Origin: a bacterium
GTDB taxonomy: Bacteria > RBG-13-61-14 > DATKZS01
DNA length: 64,000 nucleotides
Reading direction: 5' to 3'
Assembly (NCBI GenBank): GCA_963674965.2
Contig: CAXXFL010000002.1
Coordinates: 320,001 to 384,000, forward strand
The translations under genes were made by a program, and so were the position numbers. This document shows, in pieces, positions 1 through 9,768 of this stretch (its first letter is position 1; every line of letters begins with the position of its first letter). The notes beneath the pieces were generated by a model. The model saw only the letters and a list, made by a program, of their open reading frames with translations, searched no databases and was not told the DNA's origin.

Positions 1-731
1 GCGGGGGCCGATCCCCGTTTTACGCTCTCGATCTCGCTTGCCAGTTCCTCGATCGCGCCGGGTCCGGCGGCCGTCTCGGACAGGGACTGGAGGGAGCGCT
101 CGATATCCTGGACCTTGTCCTTGCCGACGTAGTCCTTCCTGATCTCCTCCACCGCCAGGGCGATCTCTTCCATGATCGAGCGCCGGGCGAAGGAAGACCG
201 GTCCCGGTCCATTTCCAGGGCCAGCTTGTCCACCTTCTCGGCGGCCGCGAACTCATGGGACAGGGAATCGACGCGCCGGGTTATCTCCTCCACCAGTCGC
301 TTCTCGGCCAGGCCGGCGGCGTCCTTTTCCCTTTTATGGCGGAGGCTTTCGAGGTCGTGTTTTATTTCAATCAGGCTTTGCTCGATGTATTTCTCGGCCT
401 TCTCGACGTCTTCCACTTTGTCGCCCACCGTGGAGAGGCGCTCGGAAAAGGCGTGGATTTCATCGCGCAGGGTCTCGAGGAAACGGCTCCTCTTCCTCTC
501 GCGAGGATCGGATTTGGTCTCCTCCTCGGTGAGGGCCAGGATCACCTCGGGCTCGTCCATGGCCACGAGGTCGATGAGGTTGGTGGAAAGGTCGTATAAA
601 TCCGTCGGCGAGACGCGGATGGTATAATCGGGAAGCGTGAAGTTCTCTTCCTTTGGCGGCCGTGAACGCCTCCAGAAAAGATACCACTTTTTATTGGTCT
701 CTTGGGGATGCCCTGGACGATTCTTTGTCAT
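1..731 (-). CDS. Hypothetical coiled-coil protein, runs off the window start
   Basis: ATG at 731 opens MTKNRPGHPQETNKKWYLFWRRSRPPKEENFTLPDY... with no stop to position 1; E/K/L-rich heptad-like text and host codon usage. Absent from the ORF track because it is truncated. Confidence 0.75.
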   Translation of the reverse strand, partial: MTKNRPGHPQETNKKWYLFWRRSRPPKEENFTLPDYTIRVSPTDLYDLSTNLIDLVAMDEPEVILALTEEETKSDPRERKRSRFLETLRDEIHAFSERLSTVGDKVEDVEKAEKYIEQSLIEIKHDLESLRHKREKDAAGLAEKRLVEEITRRVDSLSHEFAAAEKVDKLALEMDRDRSSFARRSIMEEIALAVEEIRKDYVGKDKVQDIERSLQSLSETAAGPGAIEELASEIESVKRGSAP

Positions 732-1013
732 TTCCGCATAATTCCGCTCGAGCAAAAGGAACCATCTTTATTCCGGCCCCAAAATCAATTCAAAATAATC
801 AGTCCCAGCGGTCAGGCCAGACCCTTACCGGCGCAAAGCGCGCTTTTATTATTATATCCTTTTCTTTCGCCCGCGTAAACCCCCCCTTTTGCAAATTCTT
901 TTTTTGAATTTGAGCCGGTTCGCGTTTCCTCGCGATCGTCCGCCCGCGTCTTCTCAAACGGCTTACCTGCTTCTTCTTGCCTTTATTAGGGAGCATAGCT
1001 AAAATTCGAGTGC

Positions 1014-1042
1014 TTGACTTTGCCGGAAAATGGCCTTAGTAT
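1014..1042 (+). promoter_or_regulatory. Sigma70-like promoter of tRNA-fMet
   Basis: TTGACT-17 bp-TAGTAT, 16 nt upstream of the tRNA. Confidence 0.6.
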
Positions 1043-1058
1043 GTTTTCTTACGCTTGA

Positions 1059-1135
<77 letters not shown>

Positions 1136-1144
1136 AAAAAAGTC

Positions 1145-1180
1145 AACGGGCGCGCCAACTTAAGGCGCGTCCGTTTTTTG
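1145..1180 (+). terminator. Rho-independent terminator after the tRNA
   Basis: AACGGGCGCGCC-loop-GGCGCGTCCGTT followed by a T run. Confidence 0.8.
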
Positions 1181-1415
1181 TGGGGGAAATTTTCCCCGCT
1201 GTTTCGGCCCGTGGTGCATTTTTGTCGTATTCGCTTCCCTTTCCGGGTTCCTTTATTTCACTTCGAGTACCTTCGAGACGTCATCGCCCGCATCGCCGAC
1301 CTCCTCCCAGATCAGTGGCGGGCCAAACAAGACCAAGCCCACCAAATATAAACATCAGCACACTCTCCCCGCCAGAAATTCATTTGCACCTAAATCGAGC
1401 GATTTTTTTATTTAT

Positions 1416-1601
1416 GAGCCTCTTGCAAAATTCCCGCTTTGGAGTGCGGCGGCTCGACGCCGCTTTTCTTCCGAGCGGCTTGACGCGAGGCAAGCCGGTG
1501 TATTAATAGGCCTTGTCAAGCCAAGGCCCTCGAAAGCGGTCTCAAGCGACCGCACTCCAAAGCGGCTATGCCGCAAAGAAAAGGACTTTTGCAAGAAGCT
1601 C
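1416..1601. mobile_element. 186-bp MITE (family F1) with internal REP-like palindromes
   Basis: Terminal inverted repeats GAGCCTCTTGCAAAA / TTTTGCAAGAAGCTC (14/15 match); TTAT on both sides; internal TTTGGAGTGCGG...CCGCACTCCAAA; second copy at 39969-40120. Confidence 0.75.
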
Positions 1602-1625
1602 TTATGCTAATGCAAAACCCAAATG

Positions 1626-2197
1626 GCGGGGTCGCCCATGCATCCTGCATGGGCGGCGTAAGCCGCGGGCTGAGTTCCTCCCACTTTTCAGGCCTCATCC
1701 CTCTCCGTGCCGCGGCCGTGTGGAGAATAATCAACATGCGATCAACTTTTATACGCTCAGCCCGTTCGCCGCGCTCACCAACGCAAAACGCGTGGGTGGC
1801 GCGGATAGCTCGCCTATCCACGCGGCGTAAGCCGTTGGATCGTTATGTACGCGCCCGGCGGCCCATCGCCCCCTTTCCCGCGCCTTCGGCGCCCAGATAG
1901 CGAAGCTATCCGGGCCACCCGGTCTATCGCTTTTTGGGTCACCCGGGTTTTACCGTCGAGCGGGGATGGAATTGGCGGGGTCGCCCATGCATTCTGCGTG
2001 GGCGGCGTAGCCGCCGGCTGAGTTCCTCCCACTTTTCAGGCCTCATCCCTCTCCGTGTCGAGGCCACTAGGAGTATAATCAACATGCGATCAACCTTTAT
2101 ACGCTCAGCCCGTTCGCTTCGCTCACCCACGCAAAATGCGTGGGCGACCCTGATTTATGATACGGCCGGGTTTTACCGTCGAGCGGAGATGGAATTG
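1626..2197. repeat. Two REPIN-like F2 copies (1626-1797, 1975-2155) with a nested F3 copy (1794-1920)
   Basis: F2 ends GGGTCGCCCATGCATtCTGCATGGG ... CCCACGCAAaATGCGTGGGCGACCC; F3 ends GGGTGGCGCGGATAGCTCGCCTATCC ... GCTATCCGGGCCACCC; ~32-bp direct repeat at 1943-1974 and 2167-2197. Confidence 0.85.
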
Positions 2198-2369
2198 AAG
2201 TCGTAAATTAGGGATGGACGATATTTTTTTCGGCACCGCTTACCCGCTGGAATAACTGAATTAACCATGATTGTATATCCACGCGGGCGTGATAATCCAC
2301 CGATTCGTCAACCGGCGCTCCACAAAAATGCACCCGTTTCGCCATATATAGAAGGGCATTTTTTGCGAG

Positions 2370-2546
2370 GGGTAGCCCGGATAGCTCCGCTATCTGGGCG
2401 CCGAAGGCGCGGGAAGGGAATACCAAAGGCTTGCGGGACATTTACATTTCCAAGCCTGCGGCTTACGCCGCGCGGATAGGCGAGCTATCCGCGCCACCCG
2501 GGAGGCGGCTTGGGCCGGGCGGATAGGCGAGCTATCGGCGCCACCC
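2370..2546. repeat. Inverted F3 REPIN copy plus an extra half-site
   Basis: GGGTAGCCCGGATAGCTCCGCTATC ... GGATAGGCGAGCTATCCGCGCCACCC, the reverse of 1794-1920 with a different interior. Confidence 0.8.
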
Positions 2547-2567
2547 ATTTGGGGCGAGGAGGAGAAC

Positions 2568-3752
2568 ATGCTATGGTTCAAGCATGAGGTGGACGCGGGC
2601 CGGGACTGGGCCAAGAGCGAGGTGATGAAGAGGTGCGGGCTCGAGGGCTACGGGCTTTACTATTATCTTATCGAGATACTGGCCGAGCGGGCGGAGGGGG
2701 AGGAGAACCGCGCCCTGACCCTTCCCGCCGGGGCCTGGGCAAAGCGGTGCGGCCTGTCCACGGTGAAGTTCAAGCGGATCGCTCGCGTCCTGGCCCGCAA
2801 TTTCCTCATCAAACTATCCGAGACCCGGTCCGGCGAGATGACCATACAATGCCGCCGCTGGCTCTCGACTTGCCCCGAGTGCCCGGCGGTGAAAGCCGGG
2901 TTGAAGGAGCTTGACGAGTTCGACCATGGATTTTTCGGGACCCCGCCCGAGCCGGAGCACGTGGGCTATCAAATACAGACGTGGCTAAGGACCGCCAAAG
3001 TTCCCGACTATCTTGTGGACGTGCCGGACGAGGTCATCGCCGGCCTTGATGAAATGTTCGTTCCTCGCGAGCGCGCCTTCGACCTGGCCTTCAGCTTCGG
3101 CCCGACCCTTTTGATCGACGGTTTTTATTACGCCCGGGCCCACGCCGACGACGATTTCGAGGCTTTCCAGTTCCTGCTCCTGGTCTATCTTTTACGCGGC
3201 CCGGTTTACAGTCCTGTCAAAGGCAATCCATATCTGGCTGAAGTCGGAAGCGACGGCGGCCTGGCCGCAATGGCATCGATGATCGAAAAATCCGGCTGGC
3301 CGGTCTTTCGCGCTGACTTCCTCGAGTCCGACTGCGCCCGCCCCCGTGACGGTCCTTGTCTGGCCTTTGGCAAAGGACGATCGCCTTGGTGGGGCGCCCC
3401 GGCCGGTTTTGCCAAAAACCGCCCGGGGCCGGTGGAGCCGGATAGGTGTATGGGCAGGTGGGAAATACGCGGTAACGAGAAATACGCGGCCCCGTACCCA
3501 TCCCGCTTCGCGGGACCCGCGCGGTTTCTTACGAAACCGGACGGGTCACCCGGCGTCCCGCGGCTTTCACGCGATGACGGCATGGCGATCCAAGTCAGGC
3601 CCCGGCGGCGCGACCCGCCTTGCTCTTTGACAATCGAATACCGAGGGCGAGCCAGTACCCATCCGGCTCCGCCGGCCCCGGGCGGTTTCTTACGAAACCG
3701 GCCGGGCCACCGCTCTCTTTTCGCTCCTTTAAAGCCCCGGATGGGGCGATGA
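2568..3752 (+). CDS. DUF4373-like (phage replication-initiator N-terminal type) protein; C-terminus reads through repeats
   Basis: GAGGAG RBS; N-terminus WFKHEVDA...GLEGYGLYYYLIEILAE; beyond ~3400 the frame is repeat-derived. Confidence 0.55.
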   Translation: MLWFKHEVDAGRDWAKSEVMKRCGLEGYGLYYYLIEILAERAEGEENRALTLPAGAWAKRCGLSTVKFKRIARVLARNFLIKLSETRSGEMTIQCRRWLSTCPECPAVKAGLKELDEFDHGFFGTPPEPEHVGYQIQTWLRTAKVPDYLVDVPDEVIAGLDEMFVPRERAFDLAFSFGPTLLIDGFYYARAHADDDFEAFQFLLLVYLLRGPVYSPVKGNPYLAEVGSDGGLAAMASMIEKSGWPVFRADFLESDCARPRDGPCLAFGKGRSPWWGAPAGFAKNRPGPVEPDRCMGRWEIRGNEKYAAPYPSRFAGPARFLTKPDGSPGVPRLSRDDGMAIQVRPRRRDPPCSLTIEYRGRASTHPAPPAPGGFLRNRPGHRSLFAPLKPRMGR

Positions 3753-4200
3753 TCTACAGCCCAGGGTGGAGGACGCGCTCCGCGTCCGTAACCCTGGGTA
3801 TGAGATCAAGCAAGAACCCGAGCGCTGAAGGCGCGGCGCAAAATTTCCAGCCAGGAAGATGGCCGTATTTTACCGGGCCTTTCCTCATTTTCGCCGTCCC
3901 TTTGGGACTCATTTGTTTATCGTCATCTTCTCCCAGGGTTTCGGCCGCCAATCGCGGCCTTCACCCTGGGCTATAGACCGCCGTCCCTACGGGACTTATA
4001 GGGGAACCAACATTGCTAACGGCGGGATGGCCCGGCCGGTTTTGCAAAAACCGCCCGGGGACGGCGGAGCCGGATAGGTACATTGGCAAGACGTCGGAGA
4101 ACGATGGAAAGAAACGGTAACGAGAGATGAGCGGCTCCATAGCCATCCCGCTTCGCGGGACCCGCGCGGTTTCCGCGAAAACCGGACGGGCCACCGCCGG
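3399..4200. repeat. Cluster of F4 repeats (3399-3555, 3655-3710 inverted, 4027-4200) around an F5 REPIN-like element (3732-4000)
   Basis: CCGGCCGGTTTTGC..AAAACCGCCCGGGG..CGG.GGAGCCGGATAGG and CCATCCCGCTTCGCGGGACCCGCGCGGTTT recur; F5 has paired CCCAGGG...CCCTGGG hairpins. Confidence 0.75.
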
Positions 4201-4336
4201 GCCGCCCATAAAATGACGCCCTGAAAAAGGGCTTGCCAAATGACCATAAGTTACGATAAGATATAGATGGTGAATTTTACGGGTTGCGCTTTTGCCGATC
4301 GCGGTCAAGCGGAATAAGTGGAAGCAGAGGAAGGAC

Positions 4337-5815
4337 ATGAAGCAAAAACCTGGGTCGATTATTCTCGCCGCTTTTCTTCTCTCTTTATGGGCGCTGTGCG
4401 CGGCGCGTCCGGCGGATGGACCGCCATCGAGGGCCAATCAGGACGATCCTATTATAGCGGGAGCGGATGACGCCATCGCGGGAGTCATTTCCGGCAGGAA
4501 AGATTGCTCGGAGACGGACGGAGCCGATGAACCAGGGCCGGGAGATTCCGACCCCATCAAAAGCATCGGCGTTCTGTCCTCCCCCGAAAGCTCGCCCGAG
4601 CCCGCGTCGGAGCGGACGGACTGGATACCCCTTCCCGACCAGGCCCGGGTGCTGAGCGTCCGTTACTGGTCGAACAAGGACTACACCAGGGTCGTGATCG
4701 AGCTGGACCGGGAGGTACCTTACGAGGCGCCTCATCTGCTAAAGCCCGACTCGGAGCTTGGCACCTCCCACCGCCTTTACATCGACTTCAAAGGCGCGTC
4801 CATCGACCAGTCCATGCGCAAGGAGGTCACGCCCGAGGCCGGGTGCTTCACCCTGCCCATTGGAGACGGGCTCCTGAAAAAGGCCCGGGCCGGACAGTAT
4901 CTGCCGGACGTGTCCCGCGTGGTGCTGGACATCGAGAGGCTGGACCATTTCAAGGCCTTTCCCCTGCCGGGTTCTCCCTTCCGGTACGTGATCGACGTCT
5001 ACGGGGAGGCCGAGCCCATGAACCTGGCCAAGCTCCTCGAGAGGGGGGCCAAGATACCGGAGGTCCCCAAGGCCGCGGACCATCCGGCTTCTCCCTTAAA
5101 AGGCGCAAGCGGGAAATACATCATCGTGCTCGATCCGGGACACGGGGGCAAGGACCCCGGGGCCGTGGGACCGAGCGGGCTCAAGGAAAAGGACGTGGTC
5201 CTGGCCATCGCCAAGAGGACCAAGACGTCCATCGAGTCGCGACGGCCGGACGTGAAGGTGGTGCTGACCAGGAGCGACGACCGTTTCATTTCCCTGGTCG
5301 AGCGCACGGCCATGGCCAACACCATGAACGCGGACCTTTTCATCTCGATCCACTCGAACGCGGCGAAGAACTCTCAGGCCATGGGCGTGGAGACCTATTA
5401 TCTGGACAACACCACTGACCGGGCGTCCCTCCGGCTGGCGGCCAAGGAGAACTTCATTGACGAGGAGAAGATGATCAAGTCCAGCGACACGACCAACCTG
5501 ATCCTGGCCGACCTCATCACCAACAGCAAGGTCGAGGACTCGGTCCCCCTGGCGGAGTCGATCCAGCGGGAGCTGATAAGGGGGCTGAGGCGCAACTGGA
5601 GCGACGTGCCCGACAAGGGCGTGAAGAAGGCGCCCTTTTGGGTCCTGACCGGCGCGACCATGCCCTGCGCCCTGGTCGAGGTCAGCTTCATGTCCAACCG
5701 GACGGAGGAAAAACGACTGGCCTCGAGCGCTTACCAGTCCGCGGCGGCCGAGGCCATATCCTCGGGCGTGGTCGGCTACCTCGAGTCCTATCCGCTGCTC
5801 ACGAGAGCGGATTAG
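4337..5815 (+). CDS. amiC: N-acetylmuramoyl-L-alanine amidase (AMIN + Amidase_3)
   Basis: Signal peptide; YTRVVIELD; IVLDPGHGGKDPGAVG, EKDVVL, FISIHSNA, LVEVSFMSN motifs. Confidence 0.93.
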   Translation: MKQKPGSIILAAFLLSLWALCAARPADGPPSRANQDDPIIAGADDAIAGVISGRKDCSETDGADEPGPGDSDPIKSIGVLSSPESSPEPASERTDWIPLPDQARVLSVRYWSNKDYTRVVIELDREVPYEAPHLLKPDSELGTSHRLYIDFKGASIDQSMRKEVTPEAGCFTLPIGDGLLKKARAGQYLPDVSRVVLDIERLDHFKAFPLPGSPFRYVIDVYGEAEPMNLAKLLERGAKIPEVPKAADHPASPLKGASGKYIIVLDPGHGGKDPGAVGPSGLKEKDVVLAIAKRTKTSIESRRPDVKVVLTRSDDRFISLVERTAMANTMNADLFISIHSNAAKNSQAMGVETYYLDNTTDRASLRLAAKENFIDEEKMIKSSDTTNLILADLITNSKVEDSVPLAESIQRELIRGLRRNWSDVPDKGVKKAPFWVLTGATMPCALVEVSFMSNRTEEKRLASSAYQSAAAEAISSGVVGYLESYPLLTRAD

Positions 5816-5946
5816 CCGCGTGAAGCGCGCGGTTCAAGAAGCAGCGGGAAGACGTTGACAGGTCCAGGCGAGAATTCCCGGATATAAGCTATTTGACAAG
5901 ACCAGCCAGGCCACGCGCTGAAAGCCAGTCATTAGATTGGGCATGA

Positions 5947-6963
5947 TCAGTCGGCGGCGCAGCGGAACCCCAAGCTGCGGCTCCTGCTGATCGGATTATA
6001 ATAGTGCCGGAACGACACGCGGGTGTTTATCAAATTGCCGTACCAGTAGCCGCCGCGCACCACGCGGGCCGCTCCCGTCGAGGGGCCGGGAGGGTCGTTG
6101 ACGATATCGTTGTCAACGCAGTACTGGTAGTAAGCGTCCGAATACCACTCGGCCGTCCACTCGAAAACGTTTCCCGTCATGTCGTAAAGACCATAGCCGT
6201 TAGGCCGATAGCTCTCCACCCGGTGAGTGTCGTTTTCCAAACCGTTGAAATCCCAGCAATAGCCCGCTGAAGTCAATCTTCCGTAACAGGCATCGGAACA
6301 TATCAGCAGGTTTCCGTGAGGATACCTGTAGCCATCCAGTCCTCCCCTGCCGGCGTACTCCCATTCAGCCTCCGTGGGAAGCCTTTTTTCGGCCCAGGCG
6401 CAGTAAGCCGCGGCCTGGTACCAGTTCACGAAAAGAACGGGAAAATCATCATAGTCGGGATTGCCGTAATAGTCGGTCCGTGTCCAACTGCCCAACGAGT
6501 TGGGCAGAGTGCACTCGCCGTCATTTACACAAGCGGCGTACTCGGCGTTAGTCGCCTCGTGTTTATCCATATAAAAATCGTAGGTGATGCAAACGCTATG
6601 CACCGGCAGTTCATCCGCTATACCTTCATTGAAGTGGTCCCCCATGTCAAAACAGCCTGAAGGGACCAACGCCATGTTATCGAGAGCGCACTCTCTGGCC
6701 TCATCAATCTCCCCGTATCCATCGTCTCCGGGACATTGGTTGTCATGGCCGTCGCAAAGTTCCCTGGCCCCGGGGTATACCGCCGAGTCGCCGTCGTCAC
6801 AGTCCACCGAGGTTCCGCATCCCCGCAGGTTGTAAAAACCGTCACCGTCGGCGTCTGAACATTCCTTTCCACAATCGCATTTGCAATCATAAGGACCCGT
6901 TTCGCATCCAACGGCAAGGAGTAAGGATAAAAAAAGAATGGCGATGAATATTGTCTTTTTCAA
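5947..6963 (-). CDS. Lipoprotein with a Cys/Asp-rich motif and an FGE-sulfatase (C-type lectin fold) domain
   Basis: LAVGC lipobox; [55 protein letters not shown]...GFRCA. Confidence 0.9.
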   Translation of the reverse strand: MKKTIFIAILFLSLLLAVGCETGPYDCKCDCGKECSDADGDGFYNLRGCGTSVDCDDGDSAVYPGARELCDGHDNQCPGDDGYGEIDEARECALDNMALVPSGCFDMGDHFNEGIADELPVHSVCITYDFYMDKHEATNAEYAACVNDGECTLPNSLGSWTRTDYYGNPDYDDFPVLFVNWYQAAAYCAWAEKRLPTEAEWEYAGRGGLDGYRYPHGNLLICSDACYGRLTSAGYCWDFNGLENDTHRVESYRPNGYGLYDMTGNVFEWTAEWYSDAYYQYCVDNDIVNDPPGPSTGAARVVRGGYWYGNLINTRVSFRHYYNPISRSRSLGFRCAAD

Positions 6964-7226
6964 TTTCGCTCCTTCTGCTGACTATTGCATTTCGCAGTCG
7001 GGCTCTTTTTTTTTAACATTACCATCCATGGATGTCAATGAACCGCGAGATGAGCGGCGAAATTCTACTCGAGTTTTCAGCCCTTGAGGTGTTTTATTTC
7101 GCACTTCCCGACTTGTTCTGTTCGGTATTGACGCGGCGCCTCGCATTTGCCATAGTAAAGAGGTACTGGAAAGTCTCGACGGGCCTTGCCGGAGGCGGGC
7201 CGGTTTCGAAAGAGGAGGAAGATTAA

Positions 7227-7469
7227 ATGGAGACTCTCGCCATCGCGCTTCTTGCCGCCATTATCATTCTTGGCGGAGCGATCATCATGATATTTCTTCA
7301 GTTCCTATCCGTGTCCCGCGAGACCAGGGGCATGCACCGGGAGATCATGGAGAGCATGGGCCGGCTCCAGCGCAAGGTCGACGACCTGGCGGGAAAGACC
7401 GCGTCGTCCGCGGCCCGCTCGGGAAGCGGCTCAGGGACCGATGATAACGGGGACGAAGATGAGGATTGA
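7227..7469 (+). CDS. Small single-pass membrane protein
   Basis: GAGGAGG RBS; hydrophobic N-terminus then a short coiled coil. Confidence 0.7.
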   Translation: METLAIALLAAIIILGGAIIMIFLQFLSVSRETRGMHREIMESMGRLQRKVDDLAGKTASSAARSGSGSGTDDNGDEDED

Positions 7470-7779
7470 AAAGGCGTTGGCTAAGGCCCCTTATATCTGG
7501 GGCCTGGTTCTTATAAATATTTATCCTTTGGCGGTCCTGGCCCAGGAGGAAGCGGCCAAGCCCAAGGCCAGTGCCGGCGGGTATCTTTTCAGCGTTTTAA
7601 TCGTTCTATTATTGGCCGTGATCGCGACGCTGGTAACGGCCCGCTTTTTATATAAGAAGCGAGTGGAGGAAAAGGAGAAGAGCCTCTCGAGATTCTTGCT
7701 TAACGACCCCGCCACGAGAGACTTCGTGCTGAAACAAAAAACTTCCCAGGCCCCAAAAAACCATCCCGAAAATGAGTGA
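7459..7779 (+). CDS. Small membrane protein
   Basis: Two hydrophobic segments; overlaps both neighbours in operon style. Confidence 0.65.
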   Translation: MRIEKALAKAPYIWGLVLINIYPLAVLAQEEAAKPKASAGGYLFSVLIVLLLAVIATLVTARFLYKKRVEEKEKSLSRFLLNDPATRDFVLKQKTSQAPKNHPENE

Positions 7780-8482
7780 GCGCGCCGGCGGGGGCCTCGC
7801 TCCCGAGCTTCTGGCCATCTACGAGAAACTTCGCGGCCGCTTTGGCCATTTGAACTGGTGGCCGGGCGAGAGCCCTTTCGAGGTGATGGTCGGCGCCATC
7901 CTTACACAGAACACGGCCTGGACCAACGTGGAGAAGGCCATCGCCGCCCTTAAAGCCGACGGGTCGCTGGACGCCGAGTCGATCGCCAAAATGGACGTCA
8001 GAAAGCTGAGGCGACTCATCCGGTCCTCGGGCTACTACAATCAGAAGGCCGACAGGCTGAAGATATTCTCGAGGTTCTTTCTTGCCGCTCCATATTACGG
8101 CTCCGCCGAGCGCATGGCCCAGGTGGAGATGGAGGAAATGAGACAAATCCTTCTTTCCATAAAAGGGATCGGACCGGAAACGGCGGACTCTATCCTGCTT
8201 TACGCTCTCGATAAACGGTCCTTCGTGGTGGACGCCTATACGAGGAGGATTTTCGCGAGGCTCGGCTATCTGCCCGACGGCGTAAGCTACGAGAACGCTC
8301 GAGAATTCTTCACCAGGAACCTGCCTCGGGACCTGGAACTGTATAACGACTTCCACGCCCAGATAGTCTACCTGGGCAAGGATTACTGCCGGCCAAAGCC
8401 CCGGTGCGAGGATTGCCCACTGGCTAAATGCAAGGGAAGCATAATCCTGGAGAAAGAGGAGCGACGCAAAAAAGGCAAATGA
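7772..8482 (+). CDS. Endonuclease III-related HhH-GPD protein
   Basis: WWP..SPFEVMVGAILTQNTAW, GIGPETADSILLYA, VVDAYTRR, C-terminal CRPKPRCEDCPL. Confidence 0.9.
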   Translation: MSERAGGGLAPELLAIYEKLRGRFGHLNWWPGESPFEVMVGAILTQNTAWTNVEKAIAALKADGSLDAESIAKMDVRKLRRLIRSSGYYNQKADRLKIFSRFFLAAPYYGSAERMAQVEMEEMRQILLSIKGIGPETADSILLYALDKRSFVVDAYTRRIFARLGYLPDGVSYENAREFFTRNLPRDLELYNDFHAQIVYLGKDYCRPKPRCEDCPLAKCKGSIILEKEERRKKGK

Positions 8483-8547
8483 GCGCCGGGCTTGACAATG
8501 GGCCGAGGCGGCCACATGCTGTAGTGAAAGGGTCGAGGAGTACAATA

Positions 8548-8898
8548 ATGCATGAAATGGGCATCGCCATGCAGATCATGAACATCGTGAACCAGAGCCT
8601 TCCCCCCGGCGAGGACTTGAGGATCAAGTCCATCACCTTGAAGGTGGGCAAGCTGACGGCCATCGTTCCCGGGTCCCTTCGCTTCTGCATGGAGGTGGTG
8701 ACCAAGGACACCCCGGCCGAGGGGGCCGAGATTGTGTTTAACGAGGTCCCGGTCGAGGTCGAGTGCGACTCCTGCGGCCAAAAGTCCATCATCGAGGAAC
8801 CGCCCTTTTCCTGCCGGTCCTGCGGGGGCGACAAGATAGCGATACTCAGCGGCCGGGAAATGATAGTCGAGTCCATCGAGGTGGAGGGCTCGGGCTAG
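8548..8898 (+). CDS. hypA: Nickel metallochaperone HypA
   Basis: MHEMGIA start; two CxxC motifs; SGREM. Confidence 0.95.
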   Translation: MHEMGIAMQIMNIVNQSLPPGEDLRIKSITLKVGKLTAIVPGSLRFCMEVVTKDTPAEGAEIVFNEVPVEVECDSCGQKSIIEEPPFSCRSCGGDKIAILSGREMIVESIEVEGSG

Positions 8899-8954
8899 TC
8901 CAGGAATGACCGGGCGGCAGCCATATTTAGGGAAAAAAGATCGAGAGGATAAAG

Positions 8955-9677
8955 ATGCATAAAGACCATTCGCACAAGGACCACTCTCACGGCGAGGGGG
9001 CGAGACGCATCCAGGTGGCGCAGGACGTTCTCGGGCTGAACGACAGGCTGGCCCAGGCCAACCGCCGGGAATTCGCCGACCTCGGGCTTTTCGTGCTTAA
9101 CGTCATGAGCTCGCCCGGCTCGGGCAAGACGACCATCTTGACCGAGACCCTGAAGAAGCTCCATCACGAGATCAACATGGGCGTGGTGGTGGGAGACATA
9201 TGCACCACCAACGACGCCGACCGCCTGAGCCTGAACAACCACATCCCCGTGGTCCAGATTTGCACGGACAACTTCGGGGGCGACTGCCACCTGGCGGCGC
9301 ACGTGGTCAAGGACGCGGCCTCCGGTCTCGACCTCGCCTCCCTGGACGTCCTGATCGTGGAGAACATCGGCAACCTCGTGTGCCCGGCCGAGTTCGACGT
9401 GGGGGAGGACAAGAGGGTGGTGGTGCTTTCAGTCACCGAGGGCGAGGACAAGCCCGCCAAGTATCCGCTCATGTTCCGCGTGTGTGACGTGGCCATCCTC
9501 AATAAAATTGACCTCCTTCCCTACCTGGACTACGACAAGGACCTGGCCATAAAGTATATCAAGGATGTTCATTCCGACATGCCCATCTTCGAGACCTCCG
9601 CCAAAACGGGCGAGGGCATGGAAAAGTGGTACGAGTGGATACTGGACCAGGTAAAGGCGAAAAAGGCCGCCAAATAA
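8955..9677 (+). CDS. hypB: Nickel-insertion GTPase HypB
   Basis: His-rich N-terminus; SSPGSGKTT, CHL, ENIGNLVCPA, EGEDKP.KYP, NKIDL, SAKTGEG. Confidence 0.96.
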   Translation: MHKDHSHKDHSHGEGARRIQVAQDVLGLNDRLAQANRREFADLGLFVLNVMSSPGSGKTTILTETLKKLHHEINMGVVVGDICTTNDADRLSLNNHIPVVQICTDNFGGDCHLAAHVVKDAASGLDLASLDVLIVENIGNLVCPAEFDVGEDKRVVVLSVTEGEDKPAKYPLMFRVCDVAILNKIDLLPYLDYDKDLAIKYIKDVHSDMPIFETSAKTGEGMEKWYEWILDQVKAKKAAK

Positions 9678-9710
9678 GAAGACGCGAAATTTTTGGGAAA
9701 GAGAAAGATC

Positions 9711-9734
9711 AAGGCCGGAGATTACTCCGGCCTT
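9711..9734. terminator. Hairpin between the convergent hypB and small peptide genes
   Basis: AAGGCCGGAG-ATTA-CTCCGGCCTT perfect 10-bp stem. Confidence 0.65.
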
Positions 9735-9768
9735 ATATCCTTGCGCCCTGGGCGCCGATTAAAATGTT

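Noticed and set aside
6964-7030. Riboswitch upstream of the FGE lipoprotein
   Set aside because: Only a weak stem and a T run; no aptamer consensus I can recognise.
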